From Candidatus Obscuribacterales bacterium (GTDB taxonomy: Bacteria; Cyanobacteriota; Vampirovibrionia; Obscuribacterales; Obscuribacteraceae): a stretch of DNA of 64,000 bases. The translations under genes were made by a program, and so were the position numbers. The first letter of the stretch is position 1, and the number at the start of each line of letters is the position of its first letter. The stretch covers positions 1,024,001 through 1,088,000 of the forward strand of contig CBDDIJ010000002.1 in assembly GCA_965228855.1 (NCBI GenBank), given 5' to 3'. This document shows, piece after piece, positions 9,936-19,741 of the stretch. The notes beneath the pieces were generated by a model that saw only the letters and a list, made by a program, of their open reading frames with translations, was not told the origin of the DNA and searched no databases.

Positions 9936-10421
9936 CTAAATCTTGTGCTGGATTTTGCCCTTATCGGGCTGTCCACCACCTTTGCCGCCCTGCGCCTGGA
10001 TCATCTCCAGGTTGTACTTGGCGGGAAGGTGATCGGGGTTCATCCGCAGCGTGTCTTCGTAGTTCTGGATAGCCTTGTCGAATTTCTCCTGCTTGTGGTA
10101 GATCTTGCCGAGCAGGAAGTAGGTGCGTTCGAGCTTCCAGCGGTCGAGACGGTTGTATCGGCCGCTTTTGTCGATCAGCTTCTCGAGCTGGAGTTCCAGC
10201 ACCCGAGCGGCTTCGTCGAGCTTGCCCTCGTCGTACGCTTTGGCGGCGCCGTTGAGGAGGATTTCGGTTTGGTCGGCGACCAGGCTGGTGCGCGCCTCTC
10301 GGAAGTTGTCCTGCGAGAGGGGGAGCGCGTAGGTGAAGAACCCGTAGAAGCCGTAACCGAATGCTAAAGCGATTGCCAGGGATAGAACGAGCCTCCCCAG
10401 CGGTTTTGCTTTGTTGAGCAT
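9936..10421 (-). CDS. TPR protein with N-terminal TM (BatC-like)
   Basis: TYFLLGKIYHKQEKFDKAIQNYEDTLRMNPDHLPAKYNLE TPR motif. Confidence 0.85.
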   Translation of the reverse strand: MLNKAKPLGRLVLSLAIALAFGYGFYGFFTYALPLSQDNFREARTSLVADQTEILLNGAAKAYDEGKLDEAARVLELQLEKLIDKSGRYNRLDRWKLERTYFLLGKIYHKQEKFDKAIQNYEDTLRMNPDHLPAKYNLEMIQAQGGKGGGQPDKGKIQHKI

Positions 10422-10425
10422 GTTG

Positions 10426-11460
10426 TTACCTCGTGAGTACAAACACCTCCGAGAGCAGGAACAGCCCGAGGAAACCCAGGGCAGCCCACGCGAAGATGAA
10501 GAACACATCGTTGCGTGTTTCCTGTTCGGAGATAGTTACGGCAGACTTTTCCAGCCTGTCGATTGTGGCGAAACAGTCGTTGAGCGCCTCGGTGTTCTCC
10601 ACGCGGAAGACGCTGCCGCCGACGCGGTTGGCGAGTTTGACGATGCCGACTTCCTTCTGCGCAAGCGTCTCGCCGATGCCGACCAGGTACAACTTGATGT
10701 TGTTCTCCTGGAGGACCTGGATGAGGCGGCGCTCCGTCTGCGAATCGATGTCATCTTCGCCGTCGGTGACCAGAATCAGAACGCGCGACTTCGCTTGACC
10801 GGACTCCTTGAAGTGCTCGGCGGCCAGGTCGATTGGACCGGGCGGCACTTTGCCGAAGTTGGTGCCGGTGCCGAGGTTGTTCTGGATGAACTGCGCCTTG
10901 CGGTACAGCATCCGGAGGTCGTCGGTGATCGGCCAGCCGTAGCGCGGGTTGACGTCGAACAGGATGAGTCCGATGCGGTCGCCGGTCTGCTTCTTCCAGC
11001 GGTTCTCGATGAAGTTGAGGAGCGCGACTTGCGTTGCATGGATGCGCTGCAGGCGGCCGTCGGTCGGCGGCTTGAACTGCAAACCCTTCCATTCGCGGCG
11101 CCGGTCATTGAAGTCCGACTTGAACGCGAGTTCGGGCGGCGTCTCTTGCGGTGCCAGCTTGCCCTTCCAGGGGAAGCTCATCGAGTACGAGATGTCGACC
11201 GCGAGGATGATGTCGCGGCCGGGGATGGTCTTGTGGACCGGATCGCCGGGAACTTGCGGGCGAGCCAGTGCCACCACGAGCAGTGTCAGGGCGATGGCCG
11301 CGAACGCAGTCGGCGTCCGTGCCAGCATGCGCAGAAACCGCGAGTTCGTCGCGGTCAGCAAACGATGGTCCGAGTATCCGAGATACCCTCGCTTCTTCAG
11401 GACGAAGAGGAAGGGCACAAGCAGGATAGCCGCGAACCAGAGAGGTTGCGCGAATGTCAT
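10426..11460 (-). CDS. vWA domain protein (BatA-like)
   Basis: MTFAQPLW N-terminus, ALARPQ, DISYS MIDAS, LILVTDGE. Confidence 0.92.
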   Translation of the reverse strand: MTFAQPLWFAAILLVPFLFVLKKRGYLGYSDHRLLTATNSRFLRMLARTPTAFAAIALTLLVVALARPQVPGDPVHKTIPGRDIILAVDISYSMSFPWKGKLAPQETPPELAFKSDFNDRRREWKGLQFKPPTDGRLQRIHATQVALLNFIENRWKKQTGDRIGLILFDVNPRYGWPITDDLRMLYRKAQFIQNNLGTGTNFGKVPPGPIDLAAEHFKESGQAKSRVLILVTDGEDDIDSQTERRLIQVLQENNIKLYLVGIGETLAQKEVGIVKLANRVGGSVFRVENTEALNDCFATIDRLEKSAVTISEQETRNDVFFIFAWAALGFLGLFLLSEVFVLTR

Positions 11461-12521
11461 TGTTTCCTTCCCTTCTCGACTCTGTTGAGAAGACCGACCT
11501 CGTCCAGGAACACGTCCTGGTCGATGGTTTCTGGCGTGCCGCCGGTCTGCTCCGAGACGATGGTTGTGCCCGCGGCGTCGTAAGTCGTGGTTTTCACGAC
11601 CTTGTCGCCCACATCGAGCTGTTTCACGGTTGCGAGGGTGCCGTCCGCGCGGAACTGTTGAACTGCGCTGACGATGCCGCGGTCGTCATCGATGAGATAG
11701 ATGCGAGTGATCCGACCGGTGTCGAGCGAGTACTCTTCCACCTTCACCATGCCCCAGCCCTTGTAGTACTGGCGCAGGCGGAGCTTGCCGGAATCGGGTT
11801 CGTAGACTTCACGCACCTTTGCCTGCAAGTTGCCGGTGAGCTTGAACAGGAGCTTGCCGGAAGGCGTGAAGCCCTCGCTCTCCTGTTCGCCGTCGAGGCG
11901 GGTGGTCTTGGAACGATACTTGAGCGAGCCGTCGTCCCAGAGCATCTCTTCCCAGCTGTCGCCGTTCGCCTTGAATATGCTGCGGCTGGTGACCTTACCG
12001 TTGCTGTACATGCTTGTGACCGCGTCGGCATTGTCGAGGATCTTGCGCTCCATCTGGAGATTACCCTCGCGGTCGTACTGGCGCACTTCCGCCGGCACCA
12101 GTCCATCTTCGGTGTTGATGGTTTCGGTGCTGATTTTGCCGTTGTTCGGCCAGAAGGTCCGCTCCGCCCGGAACGTGAGTTCATCACCGTTCCAGAGCTT
12201 GTGAAGCACGAGGATTTTGCCGTCATAGGTGAACTGCTTCTCCTCGACGGTTCCGTCTTCGATGCTGCGCTGCTTCGAATGAATCAGCGCACCGCGCTCG
12301 TTCCACTCGTTGAGGGAGATGACGGTGGTGCCGTCGTCGCCGAATTCGACTCGCGAGGCGAGCTTGCCGTTGGGGTAGCGCACCTCTTTGGACGCTACTG
12401 TGCCGTCCCACCAGCGCGTTTCCACGCCCCGAGGGTCAGCTGTCACACCCTTGTGGATGAGGGTGGCGAAAACAAATGCTAGCATCAGAGCGCCCGTGAA
12501 GGCGCACCATTTCAGCGTCAT
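11457..12521 (-). CDS. Membrane-anchored MORN-variant/YwqK-like beta-repeat protein
   Basis: Repeats of the type (Y/W)xxxGxL (YPNGKL, WNERGAL, YDREGNL, WDDGSL); GGAGG RBS before ATG 12521. Confidence 0.8.
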   Translation of the reverse strand: MTLKWCAFTGALMLAFVFATLIHKGVTADPRGVETRWWDGTVASKEVRYPNGKLASRVEFGDDGTTVISLNEWNERGALIHSKQRSIEDGTVEEKQFTYDGKILVLHKLWNGDELTFRAERTFWPNNGKISTETINTEDGLVPAEVRQYDREGNLQMERKILDNADAVTSMYSNGKVTSRSIFKANGDSWEEMLWDDGSLKYRSKTTRLDGEQESEGFTPSGKLLFKLTGNLQAKVREVYEPDSGKLRLRQYYKGWGMVKVEEYSLDTGRITRIYLIDDDRGIVSAVQQFRADGTLATVKQLDVGDKVVKTTTYDAAGTTIVSEQTGGTPETIDQDVFLDEVGLLNRVEKGRKQ

Positions 12522-12532
12522 GATATGCCTCC

Positions 12533-13456
12533 TCATCGGGTGGGAGCCTGAAGTTGTGTGAGTACGCGGGTTGAGGCGGTGTCGCCCTCCTCGGTGCTCA
12601 CGTTGATGGCAGTGGCGCGGCAGTCTTTCAGCCGCTCCATCACCTGGATCTGGCGTGCCTCCGCGGCGGCCTTGTGGCGCGCAGCGGTTTTCTTCGTGAC
12701 CCAGAGGTCGCGAACGACGCCGCCGGCATCCTGCACCGTGTAGAGAACGGGCAGCCAGCCGACCTTGGGCAGCTCGCGTTCGAGCTTGTCCTGCACGAAC
12801 ATCGCGATCACCCGGTGTCTGCGCCCAGCGCGCTTGAGCGCCTCCCAGTCGGCTTCGGTCGTGTTGATGAAATCGCTCACGATGAAGACGATGGACGGGC
12901 TGCGCGGCAGGAGCGCGAGCCCCTTCGCCAGACCGCTGTGATTGTCCGGGCGGACCGTGTGTTGCGACTTGAGCGTGTGCAGGATGACGGGCAGCATCAT
13001 CGAGGCGGGTGAGCTGCTCTTGACGCGCCGCTCCACACCCCATTGCGAGTACGTCACCAGTGCGATCGGATCGTGCGTCGTGGCGAGCGAGCGAACGCCG
13101 CACGCCGCCAGTTCAGCTGCCAGAACGCGTTTGGTCACGCGGCTGCTTCCGAAGTTCATGGTGGGCGAAACGTCGCAGAGAATCGTGCTCTTCACATGCG
13201 ATTCTTCTTTGAACAGCGCCACCAGTATCTGCTGACCGCCCGTCAGAGCGGTCGCATTCCAATCGATCGTGCGCGGATCGTCGCCGGGCACGTAGAGTTC
13301 GTGACCGTCGAAGTCGTCGCCTTCACCGCGGTGGATAGAACGCCTGTCGCCAGGAAGCCGCTGATGCGACTTCATTCTGCCGACGGGAATCTCCACTGCA
13401 GCTACTCGGCGCGCGATCTCGCGAACGATCCCCATTGTTTGAGGGTCGGTTTGCAT
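12533..13456 (-). CDS. DUF58 family protein
   Basis: GEGDDFDGHELYVPGDDPRTIDWNATA, DVSPTM, IVSDF. Confidence 0.92.
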   Translation of the reverse strand: MQTDPQTMGIVREIARRVAAVEIPVGRMKSHQRLPGDRRSIHRGEGDDFDGHELYVPGDDPRTIDWNATALTGGQQILVALFKEESHVKSTILCDVSPTMNFGSSRVTKRVLAAELAACGVRSLATTHDPIALVTYSQWGVERRVKSSSPASMMLPVILHTLKSQHTVRPDNHSGLAKGLALLPRSPSIVFIVSDFINTTEADWEALKRAGRRHRVIAMFVQDKLERELPKVGWLPVLYTVQDAGGVVRDLWVTKKTAARHKAAAEARQIQVMERLKDCRATAINVSTEEGDTASTRVLTQLQAPTR

Positions 13457-13501
13457 GAGCACATCTCCGTTTAGCTAATAAGAAAACACCCGAAGGCGCT
13501 C

Positions 13502-14533
13502 TCAGGCAGCCTTGGGAGCGTACTGGTCGGTGTCCTTCGAGAACTTGACGTTCTCGACGATCTTCTCGATCACCGAGTCCGACTTGGTACCGTTGGCGGT
13601 GGCTTCGAAGGTGAGGGCGACACGGTGGCGCAGGGTCGGCAGCACGACCTCCTGGATGTCCTCCGGCGTGACGAACGCGCGGCCCTTGATGGCGGCGAGA
13701 ACGCGAGCCAGACCGCGGATGGAGAGCTGGCCGCGCACGGAGCTGCCGACTTCGATCAGGTTGTTGAACTTGGAGTCCGCCTTCACGATAGCCGCGTGCT
13801 CTTCGAGACCCGGACGGGTCGCGCGCACCAGGGCGACGATGTACTGCATGGCGGCGGGCGAGACGTAGACGCCCTTCTTGATGAGCTGGCGCAGCTCGAT
13901 GACTTCCTCGATCGAAATCACCTGCTTCACCACGTCCTGCGGATCGCGGCTGTCCAGCGCCTCGTTGGAGAGGATGAGTTCTTCGTCCTCGGCCGTCGCA
14001 TAGGGTACGACCAGTTTCATGGCGAAACGGTCGACGGCGGCTTCCGGAAGCGGATAGACGCCTTCCTGCTCGACCGGGTTCTGCGTCGCCATGACGAAGT
14101 ACGGATCGGGCAGGACGATCTCCTGGCCGGAGATGTAGATGCGCCGCTCCTGCATCGAGGAGAGCACGGACGAGAGGGTCTTGCCGGGGGCGCGGTTGAT
14201 CTCGTCGATCAGGACGAAGTTCTTGCCGCTGAGCGGACCTTCTTCGGTGACGAAGGCGGCCATTCCCGGGTTCCAGACCTTGACGCCGACGAGATCCATC
14301 GGCTTGACGTCGGCGGTCATCTGAACGCGAACACTCTTCGAGTTCTTGACGGACCGCTGGAACACCTCGACGAACAGCGACTTGGCCGTGCCGGGGAGAC
14401 CTTCGAGGAGGACGTGCTGATCGGCGAGCATGGAAGCGATCGAAAGCCGCTTGACGCCGGCGTATCCGATGACGACCTTGTCCATTTCGGCGGTCAGGCG
14501 AGAAAACGAGTCACAGACATTCTGAGTAATCAT
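13502..14533 (-). CDS. moxR: MoxR family AAA+ ATPase
   Basis: HVLLEGLPGTAKS, LIDEINRA, ATQNPVEQEGVYPLPEAAVDRF, LRHR. Confidence 0.95.
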   Translation of the reverse strand: MITQNVCDSFSRLTAEMDKVVIGYAGVKRLSIASMLADQHVLLEGLPGTAKSLFVEVFQRSVKNSKSVRVQMTADVKPMDLVGVKVWNPGMAAFVTEEGPLSGKNFVLIDEINRAPGKTLSSVLSSMQERRIYISGQEIVLPDPYFVMATQNPVEQEGVYPLPEAAVDRFAMKLVVPYATAEDEELILSNEALDSRDPQDVVKQVISIEEVIELRQLIKKGVYVSPAAMQYIVALVRATRPGLEEHAAIVKADSKFNNLIEVGSSVRGQLSIRGLARVLAAIKGRAFVTPEDIQEVVLPTLRHRVALTFEATANGTKSDSVIEKIVENVKFSKDTDQYAPKAA

Positions 14534-15818
14534 TGCTAAGCCTCGGTTTTGGGTGCGTTGCGCTACCCGGTTAACGATGTGGAGGTCTTGCGACCTCGTG
14601 CGATGAGAACGAGATTTGAGAACCTCGTGATGCGACGAGGTCTGGTGACCTCGGGACGTGCAAGGTTGTGGGCCTTGTGCGATGAGCGTGTCGAAAACCG
14701 ACGCGCGGCCGGAGGTGTAGAACCGTTCGGCTGAGCGTGTCGAAACCGCTTGCTGCGCGGAGTTTGGACCTGACGCGGAGCATTCGGGCTGCGAGAATAA
14801 AACTCGGCCGTCTGAACAGCCGGAAGCTTCGTTGTCCTTTTGCAATGCTCTCCAGGCTGGTGCTCAGCCCAAATGCGCGCCGTATAGCGTGCTTTAGACC
14901 AATCACCATGTTCGAAACCTCTAGCCTTGTTCAAAAGCTTCAGCCGAGCTGCACCGCCATACTTGCGTACTGGTGTCGCGGAGGGCTGGAGGTTGGAACT
15001 ATTCTTGGTTTCGGAGAACGTACGCGGAAAGGAGAGACGGAAGAGACAAAATGAAAGTAGTTGCAAAGAGGTGAGATCTGCAATGAAGTGGTTAATAAGA
15101 TTTTGCGAGCGGTTGCGAGCTCTCAAAACTCATAACGCCTTACTGGTCTTGACTACCGGGTTTTTGGCAAACGTGTTGGCTTAAGAGTGGTTGTCAATAT
15201 GATCTAAAACTTAGGATCTTGTCGGGTAATAAGGCTCGCGCTAGTCCTGCCCATAACTTTTGGATTTATCTGCTGAAACAGGCTAGTGTAAACAGTTTTC
15301 ACTTCTGGAAACCGATGAGAACCGCATTTTTCGATTTGCGGTTTGATTCGCAAACTCCGCTCTAATTTCAACTCAAAAAGTTTTGTCTGGTGAATCTGGT
15401 ACTGAACTAACTGCGCGAGTGTTGTCTAACGAGTTGAAACGTATTTGAAGTGCACAGCTGGTGGGGGGTTGTGGTGCTGTAACGGAATTTTGCGGGCTGT
15501 GCTTTGCAAAACTTTGTCTCCGTTCTGTCCCTAAACCCATAAGAAACTCTGCTAGTAATATTCATCAGCCAAATCGTTCTCTTGATTTAAATTCTCGGAA
15601 ACCTACCAAACAGTCAGACTTTAGAAAACCTCCGCCCGAGCTTTCGTGCTCTTGAGGGAATCGGTCTGCACTATTGGTGGTGGCATCGACGCTAGGATTT
15701 GATGAGCTGGGGAACGTTCTGCGTTCGCTCGTAGCTCGTCGTTTTCCGCGATGTCTCCGTGATGACGAGTCTGGACGAGTGGTTGACCCCGTAAACCTGT
15801 GAAACTAGGAGACACACC

Positions 15819-16025
15819 ATGTCGAAGAATCCGCTCGAAGGCCGTGGTCGCGCCGAAGAGGAGCGTTGGGCTCGTGAGCAGGACGCTCGTGCGATCGAGG
15901 AGATGAAGAAGAAGGACGCCGCCAAGAATGGCGGTGCCGAGCCGGACAAGAAGAAGGGCTGCGGCTGCGGCGGCAAGCGCAAGCAGGCCGACGGCAAATG
16001 CCCCTGCGGTTCGTGCGGCAGCTGA
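15819..16025 (+). CDS. 68-aa protein with IF1/zeta-like N-terminal helix and Cys-rich C-terminus
   Basis: GGAGA RBS, strong codon bias; LEGRGRAEEERWAREQD followed by CGC...CPCGSC. Confidence 0.8.
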   Translation: MSKNPLEGRGRAEEERWAREQDARAIEEMKKKDAAKNGGAEPDKKKGCGCGGKRKQADGKCPCGSCGS

Positions 16026-16138
16026 TTTGCTGCTGACTGAGTGAGTGCTCGAGCGCCTGGAGCTGGTTGCGACAAAGTCGTGATTGGTTTCAGGCGCAGA
16101 GCTTCGCTCCGAGAAAGTGAAAAGTAGGAATTAGGACA

Positions 16139-16612
16139 ATGTCCGCCAAGAATGTGCATGCCAGCAAGGCGTTTCAGGCGAGCCTGGAGCGCGTCAATGG
16201 CGTGCTAGAGAATCCGAGCAAGCGTTTTCGTGCGGCGGGTCCTCGCAGTAAGTTAGCGTTCATCGGCATGCAGCTGGTTGCTTCGCAGCTTGCCTTGTTT
16301 GCCGCCGAACTTTCCTTGCTGACTGACGAAGTCGAAATCCAGCTGGTCAACGAGCACAAGGCGACCATTCGCCGTGAGCTGGTTGTGCCCGAAGTTGCAT
16401 TCGAGGCGTTTGCCACGATGTTGCTGAAGGCAGACGGCGCGCTCAAGACGTCCACGGGCAGCAAAGACAAGAATCTCATCGGCACTTATCGCGTCCCCGT
16501 CGTCCTCGATGTCGCCGCGCTCAAGAATGCCGAAGCCTTCATGCAAGAGATGCGCGCGCTTGTCGACGCTCTCTACGGTGAAGGCATCGAGACGTTGGAT
16601 AAAATCAGCTGA
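16139..16612 (+). CDS. Hypothetical protein
   Basis: AGGA RBS, coding-like codon bias, followed by a terminator. Confidence 0.8.
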   Translation: MSAKNVHASKAFQASLERVNGVLENPSKRFRAAGPRSKLAFIGMQLVASQLALFAAELSLLTDEVEIQLVNEHKATIRRELVVPEVAFEAFATMLLKADGALKTSTGSKDKNLIGTYRVPVVLDVAALKNAEAFMQEMRALVDALYGEGIETLDKIS

Positions 16613-16637
16613 CCAAGCGTCGGTTGATTGATGATTC

Positions 16638-16683
16638 GCGGTGAGGATGCGCGTGCAAACGGCGTCTTCACCGCCTTTTCTTT
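16638..16683 (+). terminator. Intrinsic terminator
   Basis: GCGGTGAGGATGC/GCGTCTTCACCGC stem plus T-run. Confidence 0.8.
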
Positions 16684-16769
16684 ATTGGGCTTGGGCGAGG
16701 TTCAACTATCGAAAGTAGCGGAGCGCTCCGACCTCTGTTGATCGGGGTGTGATTGGAGGACCCAAGCGG

Positions 16770-16946
16770 GATTCAAGTGTCCAAGCGGGTCGCTGCAAAT
16801 TAGATTGCGGGATTAGCGGCAAAAGCTGCAAACCAATTTGCAAGCGCCTGATTTAGAACCCAAACTAGCCCGATTCAAGTATCCAAGCCGGTCGCTGCAA
16901 ATTTGATTGCAGGATTAGCGGCAAAAGCTGCAAACCAATTTGCAGG
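16770..16946 (+). repeat. Two tandem units of the 102-bp family, inverted relative to 19742-20104
   Basis: GATTCAAGT at 16770 and 16872; core GCTGCAAAT(T)...TTAGCGGCAAAAGCTGCAAACCAATTTGCA is a near-exact reverse complement of the 19.7-kb array core. Confidence 0.92.
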
Positions 16947-17429
16947 CGCTCGATAGCGGAAGAGAAGTGCGATATCGAAAGGCATTAAGTCGACCAGATT
17001 TGTCGATAATGGTCGGCTGGCCGAGCTCCCGCTAATTGTCAAGAATTTGAGTTTCGCCATATTATCCAAAGCACCAGAGCCCACGACATGAGCTCTGACG
17101 CCGTTCGTTTCATGGGGCTAACGTTCAAGGGCGGGTGGAATGAGCTTTTCCAGCCCTGGAAAGGGTGGTGTTTTGCGGTCGGCGCTGGTAGGTTCGAATC
17201 AACTCTATTATTCGTTGCCTAATGAACCCAGGTTTTCTTTAAACGAATATCGCTGCGCTGCACAATTCGGATTAGATTTTTCGCTGAGACGCGAGGAGAA
17301 ACAACCCGTTTTGCGATACCGAATTTTGGTATTACTGGCGGTGCCGGTCGCGGCAAGAGTTGGATTGCGGGTTCGCTATTGTTTCACGGACAGCGGCATG
17401 GTGCCGCTGTGGTAGTTCGGAGATTTGTT

Positions 17430-18485
17430 ATGACTAAGAAGAACAACATCGCTGTTTCCGCCACCATCGCCCGTCTCGGCGTGGTGCTCGAGCCCGATGG
17501 CAGCATCGAGGAAGCGGAAGGGATTCTGAATCCCGCTTGCTGTCGCAGTCGCGACGGCGAACTCATCATTTACTCTCGCAGCGTCGAGAAGGGTAACATC
17601 TCGCGCGTCGGTCTCATCACCGCCTCCGAGGAAAACGGCAAGCTGTCGGTCAATCGTCGCGGTTACGCGCTTGTGCCGGAAGCTGACTACGAGCTGCGCT
17701 CGAAGCCAGGCGGTCAGGGTGTCGAAGATTGTCGCGTCACTTTCGTGCCTGCGCTCGACCTGTATCTCATGGCTTACACCGCCTTTGGAAATGACGGACC
17801 GCGCGTCGCGGCTGCCATTTCCAAAGATGGTTTCAACTGGGAGCGGCTCGGCCCGATGCACTTCCCGCGCCTGCGCAATTGCGCGCTCGACGATAAAGAC
17901 GCGGCGTTCTTCCCGGAACCTGTTCTTTCGCCGTCCGGCGAGCTCTGCATCGCGATGTATCACCGTCCGATGGTGTTCCTGCCTGACGTCAGTGACAGCG
18001 TGACTGCGGCTCTGAGCCTGCCGTTCAGCAAGCGTCAGTGCATGCGCATCGCGTATATCCCGTTCGATGCGGTGAAGGGCGACATCAAAAACCTGACCAG
18101 GGTCAAGTCGTCGCGTCTGTTGCTGCCGCCGAACCGCAAGTGGGGCTCGCTGAAGAACGGCGCCGGCACTCCGCCTGTGCGGACTTCGCTGGGTTGGCTG
18201 TCCGTCATGCACGGCGTCGACGCTGTGCCCAAGGGCGACGGCAAGTGGTCGATGCGTTACAGCGCCGGTCTCGTGATTCACGACATCGAGCGCCCTGACC
18301 GCATCATCTACGAATCGCCGGAGCCTCTGTTCTTCCCGGAAACTCCGGAAGAGCTGACCGGTGTCGTCAACAACGTCGTCTTCCCGACCGGCATCGACCC
18401 GCTGAGTGACAGCGAATTCGATGTTTATTACGGGATGGCTGACTTCCGTATCGGACGCGTTCGGCTGACCGTGAAGGCTGGCTGA
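17430..18485 (+). CDS. GH130/DUF377-like glycosidase or glycoside phosphorylase
   Basis: ILNPA, GVEDCRVT, DKDAAFFPE, YHRP, GAGTPP, NVVFPTG, YYGMAD. Confidence 0.92.
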   Translation: MTKKNNIAVSATIARLGVVLEPDGSIEEAEGILNPACCRSRDGELIIYSRSVEKGNISRVGLITASEENGKLSVNRRGYALVPEADYELRSKPGGQGVEDCRVTFVPALDLYLMAYTAFGNDGPRVAAAISKDGFNWERLGPMHFPRLRNCALDDKDAAFFPEPVLSPSGELCIAMYHRPMVFLPDVSDSVTAALSLPFSKRQCMRIAYIPFDAVKGDIKNLTRVKSSRLLLPPNRKWGSLKNGAGTPPVRTSLGWLSVMHGVDAVPKGDGKWSMRYSAGLVIHDIERPDRIIYESPEPLFFPETPEELTGVVNNVVFPTGIDPLSDSEFDVYYGMADFRIGRVRLTVKAG

Positions 18486-18500
18486 GTAGGCGCGTTAACT

Positions 18501-18561
18501 AAGAAACACCGGGTAAGGGAGTCGGGCTTGAGGGCTCGATTTGCTTACCCGGTGCTTCTTT
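18501..18561. terminator. Bidirectional terminator between convergent genes
   Basis: AAGAAACACCGGGTAAG...CTTACCCGGTGCTTCTTT long stem. Confidence 0.8.
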
Positions 18562-18617
18562 CTCTTGTGCGCAAGGCAACGAGTCGATGTAGTAGCGCTA
18601 AAGGTTCGAGATTCGCG

Positions 18618-19481
18618 TTATTTGACTATCGTTGGATTTGAGATCGGCGCGATGATTATGCTAGAAGTTTCCCGCCCAGATTTCTTTGAACGGCTCGGCG
18701 TCCTCTTTTGCGGAAGAGGGTTCAGTGTCGGAACCTCATCCCAGTAGCTTCGCGTGATGTTTAGAACTGCTGCAGCCGTGTCCTCAGGAACTACTGCAAG
18801 CTTTAGATCGAGAGCTTTGAAGACACTCAAGAATGCGTCCATGTGACAGTTTTTTCCTCTCTCCATAGCTCCAATGGTTTGATGCGGCACTCCGGAAAGC
18901 CGTTCTAGGTCGACTTGCGAGAGATTGAGGCGAACGCGCTGCTTCCTAAGCAGCACGCCAAATTGTGTCATGGGAGCATTGACGCTGCTGTTGCCCCAGA
19001 GTTCGTTGTTTTGTTTCATACATTCCTCACAGTAATCTAGATCGAATTTTTCACAAGCTTCCTCGATTTCAGCAGGGTCTTCGGTTCGTCGCATGCACTC
19101 AGAAGTGTTGAAATGGCTAAAAACGTTCATGCTCCCGAAGTACATGACGCGTTTGTCGATGAGCACGAACTTGTGGTGAAACTTACGTGCATTGAGGTGA
19201 AACCTCCATGACCTCAGAATGTCCAGGGACGTTGTGCGGTTTTGTGCGTAGTCGGACTTCAAATCGTCTGGGAGCGCTTCTTCCATTGCGCCAACGGATT
19301 GTGTCGTTAGGCACGATGCCACCCCTCTGTCTTTGAGAGAACTGAATAGTCGAGAACCATCGGCGAGCCGCCTCGGATGCAGAAATGGGCTGTGGATAAT
19401 CAATCGAGATCTAACGCCAGGTAGGTCTGCTTTGAACGCGGACCAGAATTCTGCCGAGTTTAGAAGTTCGGCTGTGCGCAT
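18618..19481 (-). CDS. Single-HKD phospholipase D-like (nuclease-type) domain fused to C-terminal XRE/HipB-like HTH
   Basis: IIHSPFL, HHKFVLID...YFGSMN (HxK-x4-D-x6-GSxN); FGVLLRKQRVRLNLSQVDLERLSGVPHQTIGAMERG. Confidence 0.88.
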   Translation of the reverse strand: MRTAELLNSAEFWSAFKADLPGVRSRLIIHSPFLHPRRLADGSRLFSSLKDRGVASCLTTQSVGAMEEALPDDLKSDYAQNRTTSLDILRSWRFHLNARKFHHKFVLIDKRVMYFGSMNVFSHFNTSECMRRTEDPAEIEEACEKFDLDYCEECMKQNNELWGNSSVNAPMTQFGVLLRKQRVRLNLSQVDLERLSGVPHQTIGAMERGKNCHMDAFLSVFKALDLKLAVVPEDTAAAVLNITRSYWDEVPTLNPLPQKRTPSRSKKSGRETSSIIIAPISNPTIVK

Positions 19482-19741
19482 AGAAGCAATACCTCGGTTA
19501 TGGATAATAGACGCCAGAAACGAGGACTGCGCCTCATTGCTCGGAAGTATGAGGTAGGGTACGAAAAATTTTGCGGTCGCGGAATCAAGAAGTATTGCCG
19601 GAGATGATGATGGGACGCGAGGTTAGAGGCTCGCGCAGTCGTTTTTTTGATGGGCTTGCAGGAATCTACCGAAAATGCCCATTAATAAATTTGGGCGGTA
19701 CAGTGGTTTTCGATACTTAGAAACAAGGATAAGTGTGTGTC

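Noticed and set aside
12522..14845. Long N-terminal extensions in the ORF track (11457-13103, 13502-14845; also 44548-46062)
   Set aside because: They overlap neighbouring real genes or leaders; better starts with an RBS or stop-start overlap lie downstream.
17185..17205. GGTTCGAATC T-loop-like sequence suggesting a tRNA
   Set aside because: No T-stem or acceptor-stem pairing around it.
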